A DNA stretch of 64,000 nt, taken from NCBI GenBank assembly GCA_043228905.1, contig JBHGNT010000001.1, positions 13,888,001 through 13,952,000 of the forward strand. Reading direction: 5' to 3'. Both the position numbers and the translations under genes were made by a program. Numbering within the stretch: position 1 is the stretch's first letter; each line of letters opens with the position of its first letter. The DNA comes from Azolla caroliniana. Taxonomy: Eukaryota; Plantae; Polypodiophyta. Under the pieces are notes generated by a model, which saw only the letters and a program-made list of their open reading frames with translations, was not told the origin of the DNA and made no database searches. Positions 50,085 to 60,945 of the stretch are shown piece after piece.

Positions 50085-53000
50085 ACAGGAAGAAAACTCT
50101 CGGAGCAAAACATGTACGAATCGGTCCGGATGGGGCATCTACGTACACGACCGTAACCGGAGGATTGAAGAAAGGATACCGACAAGTGGAGGATAAGTTG
50201 CGGTCGGCATCAATAATAAAAGAAGATGAAGAAATCGTGGGGATAGTCGAGGAAGTGTTCTATGGGAGCACGCTACAACGACTTGAAGAGCTTGCGGAAG
50301 ATAAAAGCCAAGGGAACCGGGTAGTCCCGGTGGAATCGGTCGAGATGTACGAGATCATTGCGAAAATGGAGCCGGATACGCTCCGTAAAGAAGAAGCAAT
50401 GGTAAGTACGAAATACAAGACCATGGAGAAGAAGGTGAAACCGGCCGCGGGACCACTACCCGCCGATAGCGAACAAAAGAGGAAAGAAGTCTCAGGAGAT
50501 CCGACACTTCGGAAGTCCGTGGATATCGGACATGCCTTCACGGATGAGACCCGGAAGAAACTTCGGATCGATGGAGGTGGGTTCCTATTTCAGAAAGAAG
50601 AAGAACGGTTTCGCGAGATGTTGGAGCAACACGGCAAAGCGTTTGCATTTACATCAAGGGAGATAGGGTGCGTCGATCCAAGAATAGTGGAGCCGATGGT
50701 GATCTTTACGATTGACCATGTACCGTGGAATCTGAAGCCGATTCCGGTGCCACGAGCGCATATTCCGAAAGTCATTGACTTGCTCAAGGAGAAGGTGGCG
50801 ATGGGGATTCTAGAGCCATCAACTGCTCCGTACTCAAATCGATGGTTTACGGTTCCGAAGAAGAATGGGTCACTCCGATTTATCCAAGACTTGCAACCGG
50901 TGAATAAGGTCACGATCCGGAACTCGGGAGTCGGTCCGATAGTGGACGAATTTGCGGAAGCTTTTGCCGGTCGTGCGATATACTCCATCGGAGACCTATA
51001 CTCGGGGTATGACCAATTCCAACTAGCCGTGGAGAGCCGAGACATCACAACCATGCGAACACCGATAGGATTAGTCCGAATGTGCACACTACCACAAGGA
51101 GCGACAAACTCGGTTGCTCATATGATGAACGCGATGAACAAGGTGCTTCGAGACTGCATTCCGGAGATAACGATGTCGTTCCTCGATGACATTCCGATGA
51201 AAGGATGCGCGGTCGAAGAAAAAGATGAGACTATGGATGATCGGGGATGCCGAAAGTTCGTGGTCGACCATATTCATGCTTGCGAGAAAGTGTTGCGAAA
51301 GCTAGAAGATGTGCACCTAACACTTTCCGGGGAGAAATCGGCATTCGGGCAAGAAGAAATATTGGTGGTCGGACATCTATGTGGGCCCTACGGCCGAAGA
51401 CCGTCACCAACAAAGATCGATGCGATTCAAGCTATGGAGGAAGTATGTGAGTCAACATCCGAAGTCCGAAGGTTTCTCGGTGCATGTGCATTATATCACA
51501 TATGGATTCCGCACTATGCACATATAGCGGACCCGCTCTACCACTTGTTGCGGAAAGGTAAGAAATTCGAATGGAAACCGGAACACACCAAAGCCATGAA
51601 GAAATTGAAGAAGACACTTCGGAGGGCGGAAGCACTTAAGAAGCCGAGCTACGACCGACCGATCATAGTAACGGTTGATACAAGTCCAACCGGTATCGGG
51701 TGGGTCATCAATCAAGCCGACTCGGATGGTTCGCGGTATCCGATCCGATTCGGAGCAAAGGTTCTCAACGAAAGGCAACATGGATATGCACAAGTCAAAA
51801 GAGAATTGTGGGGAGTCGTGTCGGCGATAAAATCGGATCGGGATTATTTGATCGGAGCCGAAGTGGTGATCGAGACGGATTGTCTTCCGATACTCGGGAT
51901 GATGCGGTGTTGTACGATACCAGATGTAGCTATGCTAAGGTGGGTTGCATATGTCAAGTCGCTTAATCCGGAGGTTCGACACATCTCGGGGAAGGAAAAC
52001 GCGGTAGCGGATATGTTATCAAGGGCTCGGTTCGGAGACGACATAACCGAATCGGATAATGAAGAAGTTTCCGAAGACTACTTCGCATCGGAGCACATAT
52101 GCCGAGTGAACGTAATCCGAGAATTTCGGGAAGAAGAATATGAGGGAGAAAGTTTGATGATCGGAAAGATGTTACAAGAGGCCGAGGACTCGACAAACGA
52201 TAAAGGAAGAAGAGCCGAGATCCGAACGAAGAAAAGGCAAGTCCAAAAGTTCTTCTTGGAAAACGGATTAATATGGAGGGCGCCGAAAAGACCGGATGGT
52301 ATACCACTTCGAGTAGTCGGGACAAAAGAGCAACGAAACCGGATAATGTCCGAGTTTCACGAATCCGATTGGGCTGGACACCGAGGAACATGGGCAACAT
52401 TTGTGAAGATCAAGCAAAAATATTGGTGGAAGAAAATGTACAAAGATATCGCGGAGTTTACGGAAAGCTGTGAGAAATGTCAAGTCTACTCCGGGGTTCG
52501 ACATCGAGATGAGTTACATCCGACATTCTCACCGACAATCAACTTCAAGTGGATGGTCGACATAGTGGCCATGCCGACCGGGATCGGACAAAAGAAATAC
52601 TTGGTATTAGCTCGGGAAGATCTCACGAATCAAGTAGAAGGTCGAGCGCTTCGGAGGAAAACGTGTTCCGCGGTATGCCAATTTCTTTTGGAGGAAGTAT
52701 TTTGCAGGTACGGGTGCGTAGGACAAGTGATTGCAGACCGGGGAGAACTCGACTCGGACAAAGCTAGGGGATTCTTCGCTAAACACGGAGTTCGGTTATC
52801 GCTGACAACGGCATACAATCCGGAGGCCAACGGGAAAATCGAACGAGGACATAGTCCGATCGTAAAAGCACTTGCGAAGGCATGCGATGGAAAGGTGAAG
52901 GACTGGCCGCAGATGCTTCCGTATGCACTATGGACGGATCGGACGACACATAGCTCCATAACCGGTTACATGCCGGCAGAACTCATGACCGGACAAGCAC

Positions 53001-53662
53001 CGGTATTGCCAACGGAAACCGCGATCGCGACATGGACAGTGCTACCGTGGAAGGAAGATATGAGCCGGGAAGAACTACTAGCGGTCCGGATACGACAACT
53101 AGAGGGAAGACCGGCAGACATAGCGGAAGCAATACGCCGACAACAAGAAGCACGATTAAGGAACAAAAGCCGGTTCGACACAAAGCACCGACTACGACCG
53201 AGGAGGATTGAAGAAGGAGACTGGGTGATCGTCTATGACAGTAGTTTGGACCATCAACATACAACGATGCGGAAATTCGCGAAAAGGTGGTTCGGGCCAT
53301 ACGAGGTTCGGAAAGTCTTCGACAACGGAACGTACCGACTGTCCGAGTTGGATGGAACAATACTACGAGTGCCTATAGCCGGGAAGCGGGTGAAGATTTT
53401 CAAGAAGCGGACCGACGACAAACCCTATGTGATCCAAGCCAAGGCCGACTACGAGGAGCAATCAGACGAAGACCACGGGGATGCGGGAAGCGAAGAACGT
53501 GAATTACAACTCATAGTCGACATAAGGGGAGAATCGGAGGAAGCTTTGGGTGAAGACGGATATGGGGAATCGAGAACTTTGGCACATACCGGAGGATGTG
53601 CGGGTTCAGAGGGGGCGAGTGTCGTAGTGTATTCCACACACTACGTGAAAACCATAAAATAA
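50021..53662 (+). CDS. Pol (RT-RNase H-integrase), expressed as a -1 frameshift fusion
   Basis: DLYSGYDQ, LPQGATNS, FLDD RT; DTSP RNase H; HHCC and DDE integrase with GPY motif; frame open from 50021 with no stop; stop lies inside the 3' LTR. Confidence 0.9.
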   Translation, partial: GFLKRTVAEWGSDSPRSPDTPHRKKTLGAKHVRIGPDGASTYTTVTGGLKKGYRQVEDKLRSASIIKEDEEIVGIVEEVFYGSTLQRLEELAEDKSQGNRVVPVESVEMYEIIAKMEPDTLRKEEAMVSTKYKTMEKKVKPAAGPLPADSEQKRKEVSGDPTLRKSVDIGHAFTDETRKKLRIDGGGFLFQKEEERFREMLEQHGKAFAFTSREIGCVDPRIVEPMVIFTIDHVPWNLKPIPVPRAHIPKVIDLLKEKVAMGILEPSTAPYSNRWFTVPKKNGSLRFIQDLQPVNKVTIRNSGVGPIVDEFAEAFAGRAIYSIGDLYSGYDQFQLAVESRDITTMRTPIGLVRMCTLPQGATNSVAHMMNAMNKVLRDCIPEITMSFLDDIPMKGCAVEEKDETMDDRGCRKFVVDHIHACEKVLRKLEDVHLTLSGEKSAFGQEEILVVGHLCGPYGRRPSPTKIDAIQAMEEVCESTSEVRRFLGACALYHIWIPHYAHIADPLYHLLRKGKKFEWKPEHTKAMKKLKKTLRRAEALKKPSYDRPIIVTVDTSPTGIGWVINQADSDGSRYPIRFGAKVLNERQHGYAQVKRELWGVVSAIKSDRDYLIGAEVVIETDCLPILGMMRCCTIPDVAMLRWVAYVKSLNPEVRHISGKENAVADMLSRARFGDDITESDNEEVSEDYFASEHICRVNVIREFREEEYEGESLMIGKMLQEAEDSTNDKGRRAEIRTKKRQVQKFFLENGLIWRAPKRPDGIPLRVVGTKEQRNRIMSEFHESDWAGHRGTWATFVKIKQKYWWKKMYKDIAEFTESCEKCQVYSGVRHRDELHPTFSPTINFKWMVDIVAMPTGIGQKKYLVLAREDLTNQVEGRALRRKTCSAVCQFLLEEVFCRYGCVGQVIADRGELDSDKARGFFAKHGVRLSLTTAYNPEANGKIERGHSPIVKALAKACDGKVKDWPQMLPYALWTDRTTHSSITGYMPAELMTGQAPVLPTETAIATWTVLPWKEDMSREELLAVRIRQLEGRPADIAEAIRRQQEARLRNKSRFDTKHRLRPRRIEEGDWVIVYDSSLDHQHTTMRKFAKRWFGPYEVRKVFDNGTYRLSELDGTILRVPIAGKRVKIFKKRTDDKPYVIQAKADYEEQSDEDHGDAGSEERELQLIVDIRGESEEALGEDGYGESRTLAHTGGCAGSEGASVVVYSTHYVKTIK

Positions 53663-54619
53663 TATATCCGAATTTAGATACATATAAATAAATAAATAAT
53701 ATATCAAAAGAATTTATCACATGCATAGGGCAAGATTCGAACCATGCACCTCCACGTAGATAAACCCCAACTTTACCATTGTAATAACTTATCTTTAGTG
53801 TTATAAATATAGATTTAATACATATAAGAACTTTATTTACACATACCTTTATTAAAAGGTAAAAATCATGTATTCTTTAGAGTGTGAATATTTTATTTAC
53901 ACGTGACATTAAAAGTGACTCATGCACATCTAGCGTGCACGAACCCTATATTTAGAAAATGACAAAGCATCACATGCACATTTAGTGTGCATGGACACTT
54001 TAGGTGAAAAAGCATGAAGCCATGCTTAGCCTCTTCCATCTTTATATAAGGAGGAGAAAAATATGTATATGGTTGTTGATTAATATACAAGTTTTTGATC
54101 AATCTAATATATTCCTGGGATTCACTAATTTTGCCATCTAATTGCTCTAATAATCTAAATATTGTTTTAATTACACTAAACTCGTGGGATTCACGAGGTT
54201 ACTATCTTACTTCTCTTCCTATTATTGATAACTAGCCTTAAGTTGTATTCCTCTTCCTCCTAGTCCAAAACCTCGGCGGTTCCCACCCGACTCACGTCAA
54301 CGATCCGGAGCCGAAGGGCACGACAACGCGTTCTTGGTCGTGGTGCGACGTTGTCCGGGCCTGGTGGAACTCATCGGCTAGTTCGTGGTGTTGGGTTCGT
54401 TCAGCAAGCAATTCTTTCTTGAGGAGGTCATGGGCGGCGGCTTGGTATGAGTTGGTATGATGGGCGTTCCTCACTTCAGCGGCCAAGATCGCGTTCCTTG
54501 AAGAGGCCTCCTGTTGTTCGATGGTGGTCTGTTGCGCCTACGTGTGGACTTGGAGTAGGCATCAGTTCACGATCGAAATCATCTTGAGGATGCCGGTCAC
54601 CATGTCGGCTAAGGGTTTG

Positions 54620-56314
54620 TCGATGTGCCAAATCGGGTGCGTAGTGTCGTCTTGGGTTTCGACATAGCCGGGTCGGTCCGGCTCTCGAAGTTCTAGGAAC
54701 CATTCTTGATGTGACATCATATGGTTCGAGGCACCAGAATCAACAAACCATATGTCTTCCGGACCGGAGGCACTAGTAGAAGTAGAGGTCGACATAGAAT
54801 TCGCTCTATGTCTCATTACAAATAATCCACCGTAGTCGTCATACTCAGAGTCGGCGGCGTAATTGGTGAGTTGTTGACTAGTGGAAGCCAACTCGTGCAT
54901 CTTCTTTTGGTACCCTTCTTCGCAGTGGCCGACTTTGCCGCAATATATGCATTCGATTGAGGTTTGTCGGCTCGAACCGGAATGGTGGCTCCCCCTTCTT
55001 TCGAAGGTTCCTCGATGGCCTCCATCTTGTTGCCGTAATTGAGAGTTGTTTTCGTAAATCGGGCCTCGTTCGCCTCGTCCTTGGCCGAATCGGCCTCTTC
55101 TTGCACGAATGTCATGAACATCGACTTGAATTTTAGCCTTAGGTTCTTGTATATGTACATTTCTCTTAAACAAACTTCAGATTTAAAACCTTTGTATAAA
55201 GAGTGGTATGTAAGACTCAGTATGTAAGACTTGGCATGCAAGAATTAGTATGCTTGATATTATAGTATGTAAGACTTGGCATGAACATGCTTATCATGCT
55301 TCACTACATGTATAAAAAGGGTTGATCTCGCTTGTTAACATCAAGGAAATCAACACCAGTCATGGAATACATATTCTTGGTCTTGTTGGCAGCGAAAATC
55401 TTTCATAGATTCTCCCACGCTTCCTTCGGCGTCTTGGCTTCTTGAATGTACCCGAGCATGTGGTCATGAACATAAGTCGCCAAGCAATACATCACTCGGC
55501 TTGCCGCTTGCTCCCATGTTGCGTAGTCAGCATCTTTGGGGTCGAGTCAGTTTTCTTGTGCTCCTTTGATGTAACCCCAATAGCCTTGGCCAACAAGGTA
55601 CTGGTGCATCTTGTACTCCCAAGATACAAAGTTGTTTCGATATAGCTTCTCACTAGGGAGAGCGCTCCCCATTTGAGTATTCATTGTCGATTAAGCTTCC
55701 TTTCTTCTTTTCCTTCTCTCTCGAACACGAGCTATGTAGTGGCACTACGATAGCGATGAGTCAGTTCTTCTTGAACGTTGGCGTAGAGCACATCACAAGA
55801 TCACGATGAGGCGAGTGGGCTAGATCGAGCTACCAAATCACTCTGATACCATGTAAAGAATCGATGGTGATTCTTGTGCAGCGAAATAGATGTGTGTTAT
55901 GTGCGTATATGTGTGAGAGAAAAAGAGAGGAGAGAAAAGAGAACTCAAGATAGATCAATGAGAGGAAAATAGAATACTCAAGAAGAAGGTGTATATTTCA
56001 CAAGTAGAATAAGATTTACAAAATGTAGCATAACAAGGAGTCACAACTAACTTAGTATGAAGTAGGAGAAGGGTGCTTTATATATAGTCACCCTCTCTCT
56101 TCATTAACTAACTATAACAACCACTCTCTTGGGAAATGTGAAGACTCATAGTCATGGGGAATATGTAACTCATTAGTTATGTGTCATAGAATATGATTCT
56201 ATGACACATAATTAATGTGTAGAGAATAGTGGTGTAACTCTTGACCTTTGAGTAATCATAGATTCTCAAAATGTGTGTTCACACGTTGCACTATGTTGAG
56301 CTTGATTCTCAATA
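54620..56314 (-). mobile_element. Old Copia remnant (5' LTR ~55852-56314, PBS, gag-protease), Copia-A related
   Basis: PBS CTCTGATACCA 55841-55851; gag start MGSALPSEKL; CIYCGKVGHC knuckle; WFVDSGASNHM protease; truncated after HPIWHI. Confidence 0.82.
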
Positions 56315-56911
56315 GTATGCTTAGAAACATCTTTTCATCTATCATCATTACTTGAGACTTTAACCAATGATCTACCACAATGCAAGTGCACCCTCTTGTT
56401 TTGTTTGGAACATACTCCTTCATTTTGCTACAGTTGTCTTTCTGAGCTAAAATCAGGTATCAAGACTAGACTATCATATATCAGCTTAATGGTGAATCAG
56501 GCAAGAGTGATTGTCGAGCAGTCTCGAGTTACTAACACTTTTGTAATTAGACGTCACGATGGTTTAAGCATTAATCATATTAGAGATATAACACATACTC
56601 TAATAAGAAAACCACACTTCAATAGGGCTCATGTAATTTATGAGAGAGAGAAAGAAAGAATGCTCTAGCATAAACCTAAGTGATAGCTAGTAACTACCCT
56701 ACAACAAGTTCTATTTTTTGTAACAAATGATGTTCATCTAATGTGTAAAATAAATATTACATCCACTTTCCAATGGTTACTTCCACTCTATACAGAACCA
56801 ACCATTTCTCAACACCAACCATTTCTTAACACTTTTGGACATTGAATCATGAATAAAAGGCTTAGTGTTGGCTATTACCTTGTGACTTGTCTTCGACCAA
56901 TAGTTTGACAT

Positions 56912-57236
56912 TGTTGAGAATCAAACTCAACTTCCCTAGTGTGGGAACACACCTTCGAAATACCCAAGTGTGTGAACATCCCATCTCCTTGTATCATAAC
57001 TGACGTGTCATAAGAGACGTCTCCACCTCCTTCCCAAGAGACGGTGATAGAAAGAGAATGTAGAGAGAAGGTAACTACATAAAACCTTCTCCTCCTCTTT
57101 GTAACTGTTGGTTGTTTTATAATTCTTGTTAATACAGTTTTCTAGTTTCTATATATTGTATGTTCTCTCTCTCTCTCTCTCTCTCTCTCATTATACCACA
57201 CATGTTGCACCTAACTACACAACCATATTCTTCGCA
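56912..57236 (+). mobile_element. Possible degenerate solo LTR of the same Copia family, opposite orientation
   Basis: Starts TGTTGAGAATCAAACTCAAC, nearly the reverse complement of the 56295-56314 LTR end; (CT)n tract near the far end; no TSD found. Confidence 0.35.
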
Positions 57237-58351
57237 AAACGGGGGAACCGTACACATTGATACATGTTAGAGCCCATCCCATTATTTGCCATTCGAGCCA
57301 TTGCTTCCATGAGACTTTGCTCACATGCATTGCAAGGTGAGACGGGGTGTTGGGGCACAAGTGATGAGAGTGGTCGACTATACACACTTTGCCCTAAACA
57401 AGTATGAGTATCACACTTTGATACAATGCTCTGCCTTTGATTATATTCGACCATGCTTTCCACAAATATTCGACCAAGCCCAATCTTTGCACGAATTTCT
57501 CTCACAACCACAATGTGCACTCTCGATTGCAATGTCATTCATTGGTAAAGTTCTTGAACATCAAGACTTGCTACTCACTTTCACACGTATCACGTGAAAT
57601 GAAATATTTTTGGTCTCATAGGTCATATTTGACCTTCGAAGATGATAATAGAATCTATCTATCTATCTTCTCACACACACACATCCATACATACACATTC
57701 CACTGCACATAATCACTCTCGATTCTTTACAGACATCATATAAGACATACAAAATGCCTCCTTGAGTTGGAGTAGCCATACATTTATTATTCATGACATT
57801 GTTTCACGAAGTTCTTGAGTCATTATAAATAGTTAGCATGTGCACGACGACGTAATAGCAGGTGGTGCAACAATTCATCTTCGAAAACCTCTCCCTAAGT
57901 TCTTGCAACCACTTATATGCATACGAGCTCGGAAGTTCAAGAGTGACACTATACGATGCAATGATGACACGAGTACGTCAATCCACTCCCAGCAAAACCG
58001 GGGGGGGGGGGTCCATCTGGCAAGGGAAGTGTTTGATGGAGACTCTAGAGCGATAAGGTAGGTTGACCTGACCTGTCTTGACACGGAGAGATATTTGTCT
58101 CGTATATTCTTCCTCAATTGGATGGATACACATGATATATCTTAGAGATATGGAACTCTGGGAGAGATGATGATGCTCACTCATGATAGTGTTGGTGTTG
58201 TGGGGCCCAAATGTACCCCCTCTTTCCTTTCATTCTTACTCGCTCAATCACTCACTGCAAAAGAAGAAAAGCTCAAAAATCCCCCCTCATTGCCCACACA
58301 CACACACATACCAGTTTTTACCCTAAACCCCCTTCTTCAAGAGAAGAAGCC

Positions 58352-58855
58352 ATGGTAGCTGCTGCAGTTCCCGTCAGAAATCTGTGCTCCACCGAATCCT
58401 TCTACGTCTTGCAGACCTCGTCCTCTCCTTCTCGAACCCCCATTTCAAGATCTCTGATCAAACCTCAGCGAACTGTTTCTTTGTCTTCTTCTTCTTCTTC
58501 TTCTTCTTCAAGTCACGGATTCATATTTGTCCAGACAAAGAATCAAAGAAGAAGAACGGCAAGGAGAACAAGCAGGAGGTGTGCTCATACAGTTTCCGTT
58601 CTACAAGGTTCAGGGAATATCGATCAGAGTTCAAACGAGAGGAATTTTCTCTCTCATGATGAAGAAGATGACGATGCAAAGAGTACGAAACTAGCGGATT
58701 ATAGTCTAAAGATTGAAGGAGAAGTAGAAGGACCACGCTTTCCCAAAAGAATTGCTTTTGATTATGGATTTCAAGCCAAGTTTCTGAGGAAAGGTCCCAC
58801 TGTTCCAGGAAATGTTGTGAAGCTGGCTTTCGAGAACTATAGGAGGGAATGGAGG
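58352..58855 (+). CDS. Exon 1 of plastid terminal oxidase-like (AOX/PTOX family) gene; transit-peptide-like N-terminus
   Basis: ATG 58352; Ser/Arg-rich N-terminus; GFQAKFLRKGPTVPGNVVKLAFENYRREWR then GT donor at 58856. Confidence 0.6.
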
Positions 58856-59960
58856 GTATACTTCTTCTTTTTTGTGAATTTCATAGAAAGGTTAAATGCC
58901 ATTCCTGTATTTGGTGCGGTTTTCTGAGAAAGATTAAGGCGTTTCTAAAATTACTTTCTGAGAAAGACTAGGCTGATTCCAAAATGGAAGTTTGTTACTT
59001 TCTGAGGAGGGATCAAAAAGTTTCTGAAACACTCCATGGGAAAAAGTAAGTCGTTTCTGTAATGGCTTTCTATGAGCAATACTTTTTGTGCCTTCCTGAG
59101 AAGGATTTAAAGTCATTTATGAAGCAACTTTCTTTGCAAGATAAGTTTTGAGAGGGATTCAAATGTTTTTGAAACATTATTCTGAGAAAGATTAAACACT
59201 TGCTGAAATGCCTTTTTTATGAAAGGTATGTTCTTGCAACTTTCTAAGAAAGATTTAGCCATTCCTTGACATATCTTTCTTTAGATGATATGTCTTGTAA
59301 GTTTTTGACAAAGAAGAAGCAGTTCTGGAATGCTTTTCTATGCAAAGCTCAAGTGTTTGGGAAAACGGTGAGTTTATTTGCTACAGTGCTGGCAGATATT
59401 TGAACTGTGATTGAAATTATTTACGTAGGGAACAAAATGCCATTGAAAATTCCTATAAATTTGCTGTATTTCATACATTAAAAGGAAACATGGCCAATGG
59501 AACAAAACCTGATTCAAATATATCAAATTATTGCTGAATTTCTATCAATATAAATATGTGATATGCTATTATAATTTCTGATGTGGTGATCCATGAATAG
59601 AAACACAACCAATTAGACAGGACTGTTTCCCAAATAATGCTTCAAATTATCTGCATTTGACATACACAACTTTGCAAATTTGTTATTAATTTTCACATGC
59701 TAGTGTCATCTTCCGTTTCCGCGAATGGAATGATGAGAGAAACACGCAAATTATAGGCATTCACTAGAAATTTGATATATTTTGTCTCATTTTGTTGCCT
59801 TCATAAATATTTCTAATGGGAAATCCTAAAGAGCTCATGGTTGTTTCGTGAATGAGCAAACCATTTTCCTAAGCATTTATTATAACATAGTTGACAAATT
59901 TTCTATTGTTATTAGAGGGCATTACAACCTCATAACATGTAGCTTTTTTTTCTTATGTAG

Positions 59961-60006
59961 GCTTTGCGTAGAAGCTACTTATTTCGAGAATTGGAAGAGA
60001 TCAATA
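59961..60006 (+). CDS. Exon 2 of PTOX-like gene
   Basis: TAG|GCT acceptor, ALRRSYLFRELEEIN, GTAAGT donor; phase compatible with neighbouring exons. Confidence 0.6.
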
Positions 60007-60191
60007 GTAAGTGTTTCTATATACTCGTTTTTACCTGCCCATTCTTATCTTTTGTTTTTCCAAACCTAGTGTGTGAGGGAAACCAAATACCCATTGCCTT
60101 TTGTGTGTGTATCTTAGGCTATCATCATTATAACATTACAATAATACATCAATGATTTTTACATTTTAAATGGATTATTTTATTTTGGCAG

Positions 60192-60325
60192 TCAACAAGA
60201 TTGATGGAGGCACTATTGGTATAATTTCTACATACCTCGGGAGAGGTATTGTTCTCCTTCTTAGAGGATTTGACAAGTTACTGCAGTTGTATGATGGCCT
60301 CCCTGAATTGAAGGAAAAAAAACAG
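60192..60325 (+). CDS. Exon 3 of PTOX-like gene
   Basis: CAG acceptor; open INKIDGGTIGIISTYLGRGIVLLLRGFDKLLQLYDGLPELKEKKQ; CAG|GT donor, phase 0. Confidence 0.55.
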
Positions 60326-60649
60326 GTATTACCCATTTAGTGTGAATGCAACAAGTGAATGCTTAGAAGTGCTTTTGCCATGTATGTGATCACAAGCAAA
60401 TGATTTATGCTCTAGTCTCATTTTGAAACCTATACTCAATGAATTTTTCACAAATAGAATAACAAAGAACAAGTAAGATCACAGTGTCCACAAGATGCCA
60501 TAATCAAGGGGGTATAGCCCAACATTAAGGCCCCTAGATCACCATGTGCTCCCACATTATTGCATAAACGTGTGCATGTGGTACTCGAGCAAGACCACGA
60601 GGGTTGTGGACTAGGGAGGACACAAGTCTAGGAGGGTGCGGATGTTGGG

Positions 60650-60945
60650 GGACTCAAAGGCTTTTAGGAGTTGAAAGCTCGACAGAGTCGAGAGCTCTTA
60701 GGGGTTGAAAGCGTGATAGAGTGGAGAGCACCTAGGACTCAAAAGCTCTTGGGAATCAAAAGCTCCTAGTACTCGAAGCTCTTCGGAGTCAAAGGTTCTA
60801 TAGGTCGAGGGTAGCGCAGAGCTGAAGGGAGCGTAGAGTCAAGGGAGCACAAAGTTGAAGGAACACAGAGTGGAAGGGAGCGTAGAATCGAAGGGAGTGC
60901 AGAGTCGAAGGGAAGAAAAGTCGAAGAGAGAGCAAAATCTAAGGG
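60650..60945. repeat. Intronic ~19-bp degenerate minisatellite
   Basis: GAGTCGAAGGGAGC(G/A)(C/T)A-like and GAGTCGAAAGCTC-like units. Confidence 0.7.

Larger units (their letters stand above)
47243..54325 (+). mobile_element. Intact young Ty3/Gypsy LTR retrotransposon with tRNA-Trp PBS
   Basis: 706-bp LTRs 47243-47948 and 53620-54325 (about 2 differences seen); PBS TGGTGAACCCGACGTGA at 47953-47969; PPT AGAGGGGGCGAG at 53608-53619; 4-bp TSD GCGC/ACGC. Confidence 0.96.
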
